Position numbers and translations under genes: made by a program | Source of the DNA: a virus | IMG/VR virus record: IMGVR_UViG_3300028835_002196 | Location: 1 to 64,000 of that record | Length of the DNA stretch: 64,000 nucleotides | Strand: one strand, 5' to 3' | Shown here: piece after piece, positions 53,473 through 64,000 of the stretch | How positions within the stretch are numbered: the stretch's first letter is position 1 | How the letters are laid out: every line of letters starts with the position of its first letter | Notes under the pieces: generated by a model | Database searches by the model: none | Told to the model about the DNA's origin: nothing | The model's input: the letters and a program-made list of their open reading frames with translations, nothing else

Positions 53473-55035
53473 TTAATAATCAAGTTTTTTCTTTTTCACT
53501 TGCCTGGGATCAAATATTCCCTTGTTCATTTGGTTTGTAATATCATTTACAGTTTGTTCGTACTCATCCCAACTCACATCCTTCATCCCACCAACTTTAG
53601 CTTTTACGTCATCCTTTATTACAGAATAAGGCACATAATCTGAACGATTAAATGAACTTATATCGTCTCCTTGCTCTACTTGGCCATATTTCATTCTAAC
53701 CAAAAAGTACGGCATCCAACTATAATTTATTCTCTTACCCGATCCCGTTAACTTATCATTAATCTTTTCAAGTTCCGCGAACTGTTCATCACCTATTGGT
53801 TTGTCTTTAAACGTATTCATTGGTCTAAAAATACTTTGTATTGGCCCCATCCAGGGCGATTGTTCTTTATTCAAATCAACATCCTCATCTCCTACCGGAA
53901 GCCAAATTATTTTCATTGGAAGTACAGAATAATTCCCCGCTTTTACCTCCGGCATGCCATCCTGGGTATTTACAAAATCTTCCGTAACATCTATGGCCAC
54001 AGAACTGCTAGGTGTATTTTTGAATACACCCTGTAAATTAACCGCAAAAGGCGAAGTATGTTCTATCGGACTATCTGCATTATCATTATAAAGAAGAACA
54101 GTATCCGGGTTCCCAATAAACATACCCTGTTCATCTTTTTTTGGAATACCTGATCCTATCGAAATTTTAAGTCCTCCTTCACCAACTGAATAGAAGGTTT
54201 CCTCAACCTTGCTGCCGGATTTTACATTCAAAAATTCTTTAGAATAATACTTATGAACATTTTCTTCTTTATTGGGATCAAGGTTATTCTTTATATCAGA
54301 TCTCATTATATCTGCAATACCTTCCCTAAACTCATCGCCCATTGCCTTTTGGCTCAACCATATCTTTTCAAGTGCGTCTTTACGATCTGTTGTAGAAATA
54401 CCCTCCCAGGTTTTCTTTTTAATTTTCCCCGTCAGGGGATCAAATGCGTTCTCTAGCACGTCTTTTGTTACTTTAGTATAATCAGCCACTCCACCTGTAA
54501 TGGTTTCTAATATATCCATTGGCTCAGTTTTATGCACAACCAGGCCAGGTACTTGTTTTGCCCTCTCAAATATATCGCCTTCATAATCAATATAATCCAT
54601 TATTTTCTGTTTCGTTTTCACTTTATCAACATCCTCTCTCTGCATCGCCTCCCAAGCACTCTTTACCGCCGCCCCTTGTCTTGTATAAAGATCCGAGGCC
54701 TGTTTCACCCTGTCTTTTTCCTGGGCAAATTTCTTAGCCAACAATTGTTCTTTTTCTGTAGTAGGGTTAGCAATATTATATCCTGCTTGGAAAGATTGAT
54801 TCCAAATTTCCTCAAGATTTCTCATGCCGCCGGTTATCTCCCTGAAATTACGATCATCTTCCCATGCCTTTAAATCATCAAACTCCTCAAATTCTGCTCG
54901 ATCAACACTCATTTTCTTTTTCAAAGCAGTTTTATTGGCTATATGATACTCCCAAGCAGGACTGGTATAACGCTCATTTTCGATTACCTGTGCCCTACCA
55001 AAGGATTGATTTATTCCAGATTGTCTAAGTGCCAT
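53473..55035 (-). CDS. Putative internal virion (ejection) protein
   Basis: Position between the stabilisation protein and the giant proteins. Confidence 0.5.
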   Translation of the reverse strand: MALRQSGINQSFGRAQVIENERYTSPAWEYHIANKTALKKKMSVDRAEFEEFDDLKAWEDDRNFREITGGMRNLEEIWNQSFQAGYNIANPTTEKEQLLAKKFAQEKDRVKQASDLYTRQGAAVKSAWEAMQREDVDKVKTKQKIMDYIDYEGDIFERAKQVPGLVVHKTEPMDILETITGGVADYTKVTKDVLENAFDPLTGKIKKKTWEGISTTDRKDALEKIWLSQKAMGDEFREGIADIMRSDIKNNLDPNKEENVHKYYSKEFLNVKSGSKVEETFYSVGEGGLKISIGSGIPKKDEQGMFIGNPDTVLLYNDNADSPIEHTSPFAVNLQGVFKNTPSSSVAIDVTEDFVNTQDGMPEVKAGNYSVLPMKIIWLPVGDEDVDLNKEQSPWMGPIQSIFRPMNTFKDKPIGDEQFAELEKINDKLTGSGKRINYSWMPYFLVRMKYGQVEQGDDISSFNRSDYVPYSVIKDDVKAKVGGMKDVSWDEYEQTVNDITNQMNKGIFDPRQVKKKKLDY

Positions 55036-55065
55036 TGATTGTTTCTTATTTAATTAATTTTATGA

Positions 55066-55746
55066 TTATTCTCCCTCTTCGCTTTCACTATTACCAGAAA
55101 GGCCCAATAACCGTTGTATTAACTGATTAAATATTGAACTGTTTTCATCTCCTCCTTTATTCATGCCCAATATTCCTCCCAGGCCAATCGTATCCCCTAT
55201 GGATTTAAACAGGTTAGACGTTCCGCCCATTATATTCTGTGTTCCCGCTCCTAGCATGGCGTTAGCCTCTGCCATCTTCTCCTGGTACTTCTGTTTCTTA
55301 TTCCAATCCCACGCCATCTGCTCATATTGTCCTTTTTGACCCAAGGCAGATCCTAACCGACCCTGGTTTTGATAAATCATTTCTTCAAGCCTTGCCTGAA
55401 GGTTCGAAAACTTATCCTGTTCTCCCGCAACCATCTGGGTTACTGCCCCCAAACCACCGGCTCCCGATTGCATATCTTTAATAGCCTCAATTCCCGTTGC
55501 TGTCGAGGATCGAATATTTCCCTCGTATATATCCTGTCCCGGAAGCCTGTCTGCCCCGGCAAGATTCCTGAATAAATTAACCATTTCATCTATGGATTCA
55601 GGGGTCCCCATCGTTGGGCGGGTTTTCTCCCATTTTCTAAGCATTTTACTTCCCTTCCCGGCTTGCCACATACCATAACCGGTTTTAATAAGATCACCGA
55701 ATGATCCTACTAACTGTGATGCACCTAATCCCATTTGTAGTACCAT
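55066..55746 (-). CDS. Putative ejection/pilot protein
   Basis: G/A/Q/M-rich with hydrophobic termini, typical of podovirus ejection proteins. Confidence 0.55.
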   Translation of the reverse strand: MVLQMGLGASQLVGSFGDLIKTGYGMWQAGKGSKMLRKWEKTRPTMGTPESIDEMVNLFRNLAGADRLPGQDIYEGNIRSSTATGIEAIKDMQSGAGGLGAVTQMVAGEQDKFSNLQARLEEMIYQNQGRLGSALGQKGQYEQMAWDWNKKQKYQEKMAEANAMLGAGTQNIMGGTSNLFKSIGDTIGLGGILGMNKGGDENSSIFNQLIQRLLGLSGNSESEEGE

Positions 55747-55757
55747 GATATTTAACT

Positions 55758-58700
55758 TTAACTTGTTTCGCTATCTGTATATCTAATCCTGATATTTTCT
55801 AAAAGATAAAACTCTCCATCATTCCCGTCATTTTCTAATTCAACAATAAGCACCTGCCCTCTCATCTCCCTTCCATTTATAGCCTTCTGGTCTGCTGACC
55901 ACCCTGCCCGTGGCGTATTCATGTCTTTCATTACCGGAGCATAATAAATTCCTTCTTTCGCTTCCAGCAAGCTTTCAGGAAATCTTGTTTCCATACCCAA
56001 GGGATAATTTGGATCTGCCGGCACCTGCAAGGCATCAGAAGATTCATTATAAAATTTTCTATTAGCCTTTATTGACATAGCTTTCCATATTTTCACCTGA
56101 TCAGGATCCACATTAACAACGAATATAATTGATGGATTATAAACCGAACCATCGTATTGATTGTAATTACTTCCCCTGTTATGAATAAAAATCTTATTAT
56201 TTATAGTGGATATCAATGTATTTCCGAAATTAATATATCTATCAACCCCCTCATTCGTGCCGTGTGTCCATCGTTTTTTATCCTCGTTAAACACCATTGT
56301 TTGTCGATGCTGGCCATCCCAAAACCAATGAGCAAATATTTCCTCAAACCCTTCATTAACACCAACAATACACCTAACATCCGTTTCATTTCCAATAGTA
56401 TCTGACAAGTTCCTGAAATATGTTCTCATCTTATAAGACGAAACCGCAAACGGGCCATTCGCACTATCCCTGATAAACTTGGCTGTACTACGATCCCAAA
56501 AATAAAGGTGCCTTTCATGTGCAAGTACGCTTTCAGGATTCTGTGTGCCCCAATTTTGTGTCGATGGCCTTTTTGTTCCCAGGATCGTATTTGTTAAGAT
56601 AATATTTTCCGATCCGTCAGGATTAAATGAAGAAGTTCTTTTAATATAAATACTCCATATTTTATGTGCCTGGATAATCTTCAGTACAAACCCAACCTCT
56701 TGCAATCCATAAATCCCCCCGTGTTTTTCTGGAAGGTCTGTATAATCACCGTACTCAAAATCTGCGATCTGATTATTTTTTGTTCCAATACTCAATATTC
56801 CGCCAAAACGTATTCGGTTTTTCATACGCACCTGTCGTGCCAAATCGCTTTCAATCTTTGGAAACCCCAAACCAATAAGGTTAGACGGCCTCGTATAATC
56901 ACTAAGATGAGCACTTTCACAATAAAATTGTGTAACATCTAAAAGTTCTCTCCGGTATTTATAACTGTCATTCGCAACAACAGTTACTTCTGCCCCGGTT
57001 ATATTCTGTCCATAAGAATTTATTGTCTGATCTACATCGCCTCCATGAATAGGCCCATCACCTGTTACAATGATCGGATATTTCTGGGCAATCTCAAAGT
57101 ACAGGTTCGCAGTTGTTGTTCTTTTTGGTCTGTATATCTCAACCATATGATCAACAGTCAAATCTGTATCATCCAAATATCTTTGTATCCTTAAAATATC
57201 CGAATCCTCCGGATCTGTTCCTATAACCTCAACATCAATATACCGGTCATACATAGTAAATGATCCCGAATCTATATATCCTATAACCCTCAATCTGTCA
57301 CCATTCTGAAAATCATACCTGTCAACTTCAAAATTCCTGTACGCATTCTTCACGCTATCAATCCAATCATTTATGTTAATCTCGATATAATCGGTCTGAA
57401 ATTCCACACTATTTATTCTTGCCTGTATCCAATAGGACATGCTAAGATTTCCGGTATAAACGATATGATAATGCGTGGCCCACGGTGGAGGTATATGATT
57501 AATAATAAGTTTTATCTGCCAATGCTTATCATGCTCAAGGTTCCCTGACCCCCTGTCATCATTATAAAAATCAAGATAAACGCCCATCTCTTTAGTCACG
57601 GAAACCGGGTTTTGTCTTCTCCGGTCATCATAATAAACCATTCCCAGGCCATGAGTAGCTCCTGCCTTAAGATTAATATATTTGGCAATAAGTTCTCCGG
57701 GGTCCTGTACCTGCCCTTCTACCTTATATCCAATTGTTTCATAATAATTTTCAATCTGCCCTAACTGTACTATGTGCCTATTAAAACAAATAATCCCGTC
57801 CAAGGTAAGGTAAGAATAACATGTATCAACATCTATTCCCTGCACACCACATTCCGTAACCAGAGCATCTCTTACGCTATTAGGATATCCGGCCTCATCA
57901 CCTGACAACATAATATAAGTAGCTGTTTTTACTACTGTATAATTATTTGAATATTCTACAATTTTATACACCGATCCAACATAACCTTTTTCAGGAAGAA
58001 TTATCATATAATGTCCTTCTTCCTGTAATGGATTAGGAGGATCGGGGGCTAAATCCCATGATATAACCTCCACCTGCATAGTAATAATTACAGGATCAGT
58101 GGTATCTCCCACAATACTTTTCTCAACCACTACACCCAATTTTACTTCCGGATACCCTTCGGTGGGATCGGCAAAAATTATATGATTATCCTCAATTATT
58201 TCAAGAAACCCTGCCTTTTGAGGAACGTAATGAAAAGGTTTATAAACTTCTGTATCAGAAATAGCATATGGAACAATATCATCAAAGAAAGAATACACCC
58301 TGTCCTGATAATCTCTTAATGTCTGATAATCATTATCATCATACTTATTAACCACGGTAACCCTATACCATGTCGAAAGATCTTTAGAACTGCGAAATAT
58401 AATCTCGATATGCACAACTCCTGATCCTCCTGATCCATAATTTATATCAATGCGATTATTTACACTTGTATCTTCGTTTGGTTCACCATCATGTGATTCA
58501 TCGCCTTCTGGCAAAGTAATGTTTGACACGGGTCCAAAAACACTTTTACGAAAATCATCATAGATCCAACGATAAGCGAATTGATAAAGATTTCCACGAA
58601 GATTATTTGATTTTCTGGACGTATCAGTTATATAAGTATATGTTGCGGGATCAATAGGAGGTGTCGCAATAAACAAAACATCTTCAATAAATAATTGGGG

Positions 58701-59354
58701 TTTATAACTATCCAAAATAAGACTTTTCTGATCCCAATAAGATGACCCACTCTCGGGTTCCTCACCTGTACTACCCTGAGATGCTGTCCAAAAATACCCA
58801 TTATGCCCTACAACATCGCCGGTAAGGTATGATTCTGTTGCCAGCCATTCTCCTGAATATTGTTGCACATCATCAAACCCATTAGCCATATACTGTATAG
58901 CCTTATCAATCTTCAAATATTTCGGCTCTTCATTATTATCTGTCCAAAAAAATTTCCCGTTCAGTACTCTTGCATTATATACAGGATACAGAGGATCTAA
59001 TTTCATAACGCCATATGTTCCTATGAGATCCTTAAATATTATAGCCGTTGTTTCATTATTAGCATCGATCACGATCACGAAGTCAGCTACCGTTGGCTCA
59101 TGATATAATAAATAAATCTTATCAAATTCTTTATCCACAGCTCCCCCTATACATTTGGAAGCCGAAGAAACCGGACCCCCCGCAACACTTTTAAGCAGCG
59201 GAGACTGTATCGCTTCCAACATGCCCCCGTAAGCAGCTATAGAAATACCAGACCTCATGTTCAAAAGACTTCTATAATCTTCTTCCGGAACATCTTTGTC
59301 GTGATCATCCGAATTAAGTCCTCCCCTAAACCTTTGTCGTACTTCTTTTATCAT
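55758..59354 (-). CDS. Tail stabilisation / nozzle protein (crAss-like)
   Basis: F.GGLNSD...YRSLLNMR start; FFWTDNNEEPK; YQFAYRWIY; GTQNPES; KEGIYYA; GREMRGQ. Confidence 0.75.
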   Translation of the reverse strand: MIKEVRQRFRGGLNSDDHDKDVPEEDYRSLLNMRSGISIAAYGGMLEAIQSPLLKSVAGGPVSSASKCIGGAVDKEFDKIYLLYHEPTVADFVIVIDANNETTAIIFKDLIGTYGVMKLDPLYPVYNARVLNGKFFWTDNNEEPKYLKIDKAIQYMANGFDDVQQYSGEWLATESYLTGDVVGHNGYFWTASQGSTGEEPESGSSYWDQKSLILDSYKPQLFIEDVLFIATPPIDPATYTYITDTSRKSNNLRGNLYQFAYRWIYDDFRKSVFGPVSNITLPEGDESHDGEPNEDTSVNNRIDINYGSGGSGVVHIEIIFRSSKDLSTWYRVTVVNKYDDNDYQTLRDYQDRVYSFFDDIVPYAISDTEVYKPFHYVPQKAGFLEIIEDNHIIFADPTEGYPEVKLGVVVEKSIVGDTTDPVIITMQVEVISWDLAPDPPNPLQEEGHYMIILPEKGYVGSVYKIVEYSNNYTVVKTATYIMLSGDEAGYPNSVRDALVTECGVQGIDVDTCYSYLTLDGIICFNRHIVQLGQIENYYETIGYKVEGQVQDPGELIAKYINLKAGATHGLGMVYYDDRRRQNPVSVTKEMGVYLDFYNDDRGSGNLEHDKHWQIKLIINHIPPPWATHYHIVYTGNLSMSYWIQARINSVEFQTDYIEININDWIDSVKNAYRNFEVDRYDFQNGDRLRVIGYIDSGSFTMYDRYIDVEVIGTDPEDSDILRIQRYLDDTDLTVDHMVEIYRPKRTTTANLYFEIAQKYPIIVTGDGPIHGGDVDQTINSYGQNITGAEVTVVANDSYKYRRELLDVTQFYCESAHLSDYTRPSNLIGLGFPKIESDLARQVRMKNRIRFGGILSIGTKNNQIADFEYGDYTDLPEKHGGIYGLQEVGFVLKIIQAHKIWSIYIKRTSSFNPDGSENIILTNTILGTKRPSTQNWGTQNPESVLAHERHLYFWDRSTAKFIRDSANGPFAVSSYKMRTYFRNLSDTIGNETDVRCIVGVNEGFEEIFAHWFWDGQHRQTMVFNEDKKRWTHGTNEGVDRYINFGNTLISTINNKIFIHNRGSNYNQYDGSVYNPSIIFVVNVDPDQVKIWKAMSIKANRKFYNESSDALQVPADPNYPLGMETRFPESLLEAKEGIYYAPVMKDMNTPRAGWSADQKAINGREMRGQVLIVELENDGNDGEFYLLENIRIRYTDSETS

Positions 59355-59371
59355 TGTTTTTACAATTTTAA

Positions 59372-60136
59372 TTACCTGCGTTTGGGTGACTGTTTAAGCA
59401 TTTTATACATAATGTCCCTGTATTCATCCATTGTAGGAGTGAATACAAAAGATCTTAATTCCATAACATCCCTGTCATAAAGTTTTTCCCTGCGTGTTTT
59501 TTCGTGACCAGGAATTCTTTTATCAAATTCCCCTAATTGCCAGTGCGTCCATGACAATAATGGTTTAACTGCTGGTCTTGGAATAGTCGTTGATGAGGTT
59601 AAAGATACTCCACTACTGACATACTCAAGTACAATTTCTGATCTTGGTACCTCCGGTGTAAAAATAAATTGTCTCATTTCTTCATCATACCGGAAATATG
59701 CTACATTATACCCCCCACTCATTCCATAAAGAGCTCCTACATATTTCCCGCCCTTAAAATGACTTACAAAAGAAGATACGTTACCAGGATCCGCACTATC
59801 AAGATGTCCAACATCTTTACCGTCTGGGAATTTTCGGGGCAATAACATGTTTTTTCTCTTTGTCAGTGTAACTAATTTTCCATTAACCGGAATCCCCACC
59901 TTAACCCAATCAATAAAATCCGAAGGAACATTAACTATTTTTGCCTCATCCATATACAGATATTCCACCTCTATATTTGTAGTATGATACAGGTTCAGGT
60001 CAGTAAACCCTTCTATCACTATCTGAGCAAGACGTTTATAATTTCTCATTGAATAGTCATTTATCCTGTTAAGATAAGACATCACCACAAATTTGAGGTT
60101 AACCAACCCTGCTGTTTTAGTATTTGCTAAACTCAT
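59372..60136 (-). CDS. Tail tubular / ring protein (crAss-like)
   Basis: VPSDFIDWVKVG; IVLEYVSSG; position in tail module. Confidence 0.7.
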   Translation of the reverse strand: MSLANTKTAGLVNLKFVVMSYLNRINDYSMRNYKRLAQIVIEGFTDLNLYHTTNIEVEYLYMDEAKIVNVPSDFIDWVKVGIPVNGKLVTLTKRKNMLLPRKFPDGKDVGHLDSADPGNVSSFVSHFKGGKYVGALYGMSGGYNVAYFRYDEEMRQFIFTPEVPRSEIVLEYVSSGVSLTSSTTIPRPAVKPLLSWTHWQLGEFDKRIPGHEKTRREKLYDRDVMELRSFVFTPTMDEYRDIMYKMLKQSPKRR

Positions 60137-60768
60137 TGTTTGGCTATATTATCGTTAATTTGATCTTCCGGAGCCATAGCAGACATCCTCTCCACGATAA
60201 GATCTACAACTGCCAGATCTTGCCCTGCCGGCATGGGTATTTCATCAAAATCATCATATTGACTAAGTGGCAAAAGCATCAATACTGCTATTTTTAATGT
60301 ACTAAGATCGGGCTGATCATAATAGATCCTGTACACGTTGCCCTCGTACTTTTCAATCCAAAAGGAAGGAACATCGTCCACTCTTCCCACGTCTAATACT
60401 GTAAAAACCGCTTGCGAATTGCTATCCACATGGGCAAACGGATTTGTGGGATCGTTCTGTGGATACAACATTCGTATACCTAAGTTTTCAGGCAACCTTA
60501 CGGGAGGAAATGGTAATAAAGAATATTTTAGGTTTCTATCAGTATCATCGCTAACATCAATATTCCTAAAAGTCCTGGCATACATATCAAGCTGAGAAAA
60601 ATCCTGATTCTTCACGCCTTCTTCATAAGTATCCCTGATAAGTTTGTTATAAGCAGCCTCGATATGCTTTTCAATTATTGCTCCATGGTACCTGCTCTTA
60701 ACATCTGCGGTCGTATCACCCCCTGAAAGACGTGATTCAACCATTTCTATTAACACTTGTTTCCTCAT
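60133..60768 (-). CDS. Tail ring / adaptor protein
   Basis: YSLLPFPPVRLP...GIR; position in tail module. Confidence 0.55.
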   Translation of the reverse strand: MRKQVLIEMVESRLSGGDTTADVKSRYHGAIIEKHIEAAYNKLIRDTYEEGVKNQDFSQLDMYARTFRNIDVSDDTDRNLKYSLLPFPPVRLPENLGIRMLYPQNDPTNPFAHVDSNSQAVFTVLDVGRVDDVPSFWIEKYEGNVYRIYYDQPDLSTLKIAVLMLLPLSQYDDFDEIPMPAGQDLAVVDLIVERMSAMAPEDQINDNIAKQ

Positions 60769-61490
60769 TAAATTCCTTTCGCTTTTTGCATTTCTGCATA
60801 TTGTATAAGGTCCTGTTTAGTAAGATTCATCCCCAGGTAACTCATCATGATCCTTACCAGGTCCATGTGTTTCTCTTTTCCCCATTCAAATTCAGTAGAT
60901 GTCCCCGAAGCATAAATTATCTCATTATCTACAATTGTATAATCAAACACCGGCTCAACAGGCATTCTATAATAATGAATATCCACGGCATTAATTGTGT
61001 TAGGATAAAGGTCAAACCGGTCATTCGGAGATTCTGTCATATTCCTTCTCATCACGGTAACAGGATATTTTGCCGATGGTGCTTTAGTGAAATTTCCCCT
61101 CCTGTCTGCCAGCTCACTCTCACGGAGCAATTCGACCGGTCGGGGAAATGTTCGGGCTTGCCCGTCTACTGTAGTCTGCCAATTATAAGTCATAGAATCC
61201 CAATACACATAACCCGTTGGTATTGCAAAAGCCCCGCTACTAACAGCTTGATCAAATACATGTAGCTTGAAAGCACTTATCTCTGCCAAGGCTTTATGGT
61301 TCATTTCAAAATATTCCCTGGCCACCGGTGTTCCTGGTTGGTATTCCTCCGGTAATCCCGTAACTTTTTTAAACAAGTCAATATTTGCAGCTATAATAGC
61401 CAACTTATAATGTTCGGGCTTAAAAAAATTGCCATTAAAATCTTTATCACCAATAAATTTGATAAAATCATACATTTGCATTAATGTCAT
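60768..61490 (-). CDS. Tail ring / adaptor protein
   Basis: YYRMPVEPVFDY...STEFEW...YLGMNL; position in tail module. Confidence 0.6.
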   Translation of the reverse strand: MTLMQMYDFIKFIGDKDFNGNFFKPEHYKLAIIAANIDLFKKVTGLPEEYQPGTPVAREYFEMNHKALAEISAFKLHVFDQAVSSGAFAIPTGYVYWDSMTYNWQTTVDGQARTFPRPVELLRESELADRRGNFTKAPSAKYPVTVMRRNMTESPNDRFDLYPNTINAVDIHYYRMPVEPVFDYTIVDNEIIYASGTSTEFEWGKEKHMDLVRIMMSYLGMNLTKQDLIQYAEMQKAKGI

Positions 61491-61493
61491 AGC

Positions 61494-62063
61494 TTACTTT
61501 TTTTTCTTTTTATCGGGTTTTGATATTTTTTTCTCTTCTTTAAATTCGATAATAAATAAAACCCCATCCATAGCACTCTGGGGAAGATCATCCGGCACCA
61601 AATTAAAAGGAATCAGGTAAGGCTCAAAATCGCTCTCCTCTTCAAGAAAATCATTAAATTTTTCAAGCTGCTCTTTCCTTTCCTTAATTTCCTTTTTGTA
61701 TTTATTCTCTAGTTTTTCAAAAGCCCGGGAATATTCACTATCGGGATCGCCCTGCCCCTCTATATCATATCTTTCTCCTTTCACCCGCCCTTCTACAGTA
61801 GGAATAATAATGTTTTTACCTTCTTCGTCTTTGCGACAAAACTTCTTGCTCAGCCCTTGTTCTTCCTTTCGATACTTACTATAATCCTCCGAGGACTTAA
61901 TCGCTTCCTCTACATCTTTAAGATGATTATTAAGCATCCATTTGTTCTTACTAACAGCAAGTTTAAAATTAATAATACCTTTTTTCTTCACATTCTCATA
62001 AGATACCTTGTCAGGAACAGCATTTAAACCGTCTCTCATTACATACAATTCGTCATTTTTCAT
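61494..62063 (-). CDS. Hypothetical protein (possible tail fibre assembly factor)
   Basis: Charged helical protein directly downstream of the tail fibre. Confidence 0.5.
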   Translation of the reverse strand: MKNDELYVMRDGLNAVPDKVSYENVKKKGIINFKLAVSKNKWMLNNHLKDVEEAIKSSEDYSKYRKEEQGLSKKFCRKDEEGKNIIIPTVEGRVKGERYDIEGQGDPDSEYSRAFEKLENKYKKEIKERKEQLEKFNDFLEEESDFEPYLIPFNLVPDDLPQSAMDGVLFIIEFKEEKKISKPDKKKKK

Positions 62064-62100
62064 AACTATAACTATTTAATTAATAAAAAAATACAATATA

Positions 62101-64000
62101 TCAATTTTTTAAAAGTTCAACTTCATCTTCCAGGTCTTTAACTCGTTTCTCTAACTGAATTATTTTATCCTCATGTGACTTAGTAATATTATAATGCTGC
62201 TTAATTCCTGCCATCATAACAGGAATTAATTTTGATGGGGATATCATCTTATAATCTGATTCAGGGTCAACAGAAACCATATCAGGAAATATCTGCTCAA
62301 CTTCATCAGCAATCCAGCCATGAGATTCAAGTTTATTAGAATCCCTTTTCCAATTGTATACCCGATATTGCATCTGTTTAATAATACTCAATCCATCAAT
62401 ATTATAATCTTTTATGTTTTCCTTTAATGTAATATCAGATGTAAAAGCAAATTGAATAGAATCAGTATCGTAATTTATATTTGCAATACCACCATAATCT
62501 CCGTCAAAAAATTTAATAGGATAATTATTAGTTGAAACAACATCTTCGCCACATTGAATCCCGATTCCCCACCTAGTAGTAAAACCACCATCGTTGAAAA
62601 AAAATCCTGCATATCCTGCAGCAACAGCCGTATTTGCTGTTATTCTACCTGTAACAGTCGCTCCTACAGAAGTCGTTTCAAATTTCTTCACTCCAGCATA
62701 ATAAAAATCCACTGCCCCGTCAGGATCGGCATAAATTAATGCTTTGTTTGAACCAGCAGCATTTTCACCTTGCATTATAATACGACCACCGTGTTTAAGA
62801 CTTCTTATAAAGAAATCTGTATCATCGTGATATATTCTGCTAACATCTGTTCCAAATAATATGTAATCACTAACTCCAAGATATATATAAGCGTTACAAT
62901 AAAGATTGCCTGTAAATCTTCCTGTTCCGTTTACGTCTAATATGTAAGAAGGTGTTGAATCCAAGATTCCAACTTTTCCATCGTTTAGCATAGTAATTAC
63001 ATTACTACCAAGAGCATAATTGTAAAAAAACATACTGTCATTACTACTTTCAAACTTTTGTAGCCATTTATTAGCTCCATCATCTTGAAACTGAAGACGG
63101 ATATCATTACCTGCCCCACCAGCATCAAGATTCAAATAGCAATGTCCTGCATTTGCCTCTAAATTAAGTGTGGCAGATGTTGCTCCATAAATATCTAATA
63201 AAGAACCTGTTATTCTTACTCCTGTTGAAGTTGTTTCAAGTTTTAGAGCAGTAGGAGCAGTTGAACCATATCTTAATTGAACCTCAGTTGTAGTTAAATA
63301 CAACAATGAATTAACAGAAGCCTGAGCAAGCCCATTTGTTATAAAACACATATAACCACCCGCAGTAGCAGCTTTAATATAATTTGCAGAATTTCTTGTA
63401 AAGTCTATTGTTTGAGGTAATATTTGTGTTTCATAAGTTGCCCCTTTTACTTTAAAGGTTGTTCCATCAAAAATAAGATTTGTTTCAGAAATTAATTTTC
63501 CATTTGCATCTGTTGTAATAAGAGCATTATCATTATTTAAAGTTCCAATAATTACATCATCTGTAAATCTTCCTGTTCCAGTTACGTCTAATGAATAAGT
63601 AGGATCATTATTATTTATCCCTAATTTAGTAGCACAATATGTTTTAAGATCACTAATGAAAAATAAAATATTACCCCCCCCACTAGTACTAGTATCTGAT
63701 AAAAAGTAAAAATGATTTTCTAGAAAATCGTCATTTTGATCTACATTGAAATAAATATTTTGATCACCAGCAAACAATAAATTACCACCACTAAAACTAG
63801 GTCCTGCAGCTACACTTTTTGTACTAGTAAGAGTATCTGTAAACCTCCCTGTTCCGTTTACGTCTAATTGATACGAAGGAGAATCATCGTTAATTCCAAC
63901 TTTTCCATCTGATAGTATTCTTATTCTTTCAGAACCACCTGCAAATAACTTCATATTATCACCTATGGCACCAATTCTTACCTTTGCATTATCAGTTGTA
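62101..64000 (-). CDS. Tail fibre with C-terminal intramolecular chaperone (peptidase S74), partial
   Basis: Frame open to the window edge; three GK(V/L)GI...P.Y.LDV.GTGRFT repeats; SDITLKENI...GWIADEVEQIFPDMV...coiled coil. Confidence 0.85.
   Translation of the reverse strand, partial: TTDNAKVRIGAIGDNMKLFAGGSERIRILSDGKVGINDDSPSYQLDVNGTGRFTDTLTSTKSVAAGPSFSGGNLLFAGDQNIYFNVDQNDDFLENHFYFLSDTSTSGGGNILFFISDLKTYCATKLGINNNDPTYSLDVTGTGRFTDDVIIGTLNNDNALITTDANGKLISETNLIFDGTTFKVKGATYETQILPQTIDFTRNSANYIKAATAGGYMCFITNGLAQASVNSLLYLTTTEVQLRYGSTAPTALKLETTSTGVRITGSLLDIYGATSATLNLEANAGHCYLNLDAGGAGNDIRLQFQDDGANKWLQKFESSNDSMFFYNYALGSNVITMLNDGKVGILDSTPSYILDVNGTGRFTGNLYCNAYIYLGVSDYILFGTDVSRIYHDDTDFFIRSLKHGGRIIMQGENAAGSNKALIYADPDGAVDFYYAGVKKFETTSVGATVTGRITANTAVAAGYAGFFFNDGGFTTRWGIGIQCGEDVVSTNNYPIKFFDGDYGGIANINYDTDSIQFAFTSDITLKENIKDYNIDGLSIIKQMQYRVYNWKRDSNKLESHGWIADEVEQIFPDMVSVDPESDYKMISPSKLIPVMMAGIKQHYNITKSHEDKIIQLEKRVKDLEDEVELLKN

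Noticed and set aside
39399-62739. Many plus-strand ORFs of 60-200 aa opposite the structural genes
   Set aside because: Antisense shadows of long minus-strand genes with no recognisable motifs
1-64000. Stop-codon reassignment as in some crAss-like phages
   Set aside because: Long genes are intact in the standard code, and the few breaks are frame changes rather than in-frame stops
1-64000. tRNA/rRNA genes, integrase, reverse transcriptase/DGR, capsid, portal, large terminase
   Set aside because: None recognised by eye; head and packaging genes probably lie outside the window

Overview
AT-rich (Bacteroidota-type) tailed-phage DNA read in the standard genetic code. It resembles crAss-like and Flavobacteria podoviruses but has no recognisable virion RNA polymerase motif. 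From the right end: a tail fibre with a C-terminal chaperone domain, tail ring and stabilisation proteins, ejected cargo proteins and a giant DarB-like methylase/strawberry-notch helicase protein (39-64 kb). Next come lysis genes and an ECF sigma factor (35-39 kb), then a primase-helicase, YqaJ/RecT recombination pair, PolX, radical SAM and three DNA methyltransferases (17-35 kb). The left 17 kb is an accessory region of many small genes. The standout is a stand-alone 191-aa Cas7/RAMP-like gene (9067-9642, minus strand) flanked by four arrays of strict 5-nt periodic repeats (92 pentamers, GY-NNN on the transcribed strand, two 35-nt linkers). This looks like a phage RNA-guided system with a gapped guide code (VIPR-like) rather than CRISPR. 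Other notable items: a dif-like XerCD site (12506-12533) beside iteron-like repeats, a promoter-driven pseudoknotted ncRNA candidate (~2590-2915), four small proteins with twin-arginine signal peptides, a Tad2/DUF2829-like protein and four apparent frameshift lesions. All family calls come from motif recognition by eye; no database searches were run.
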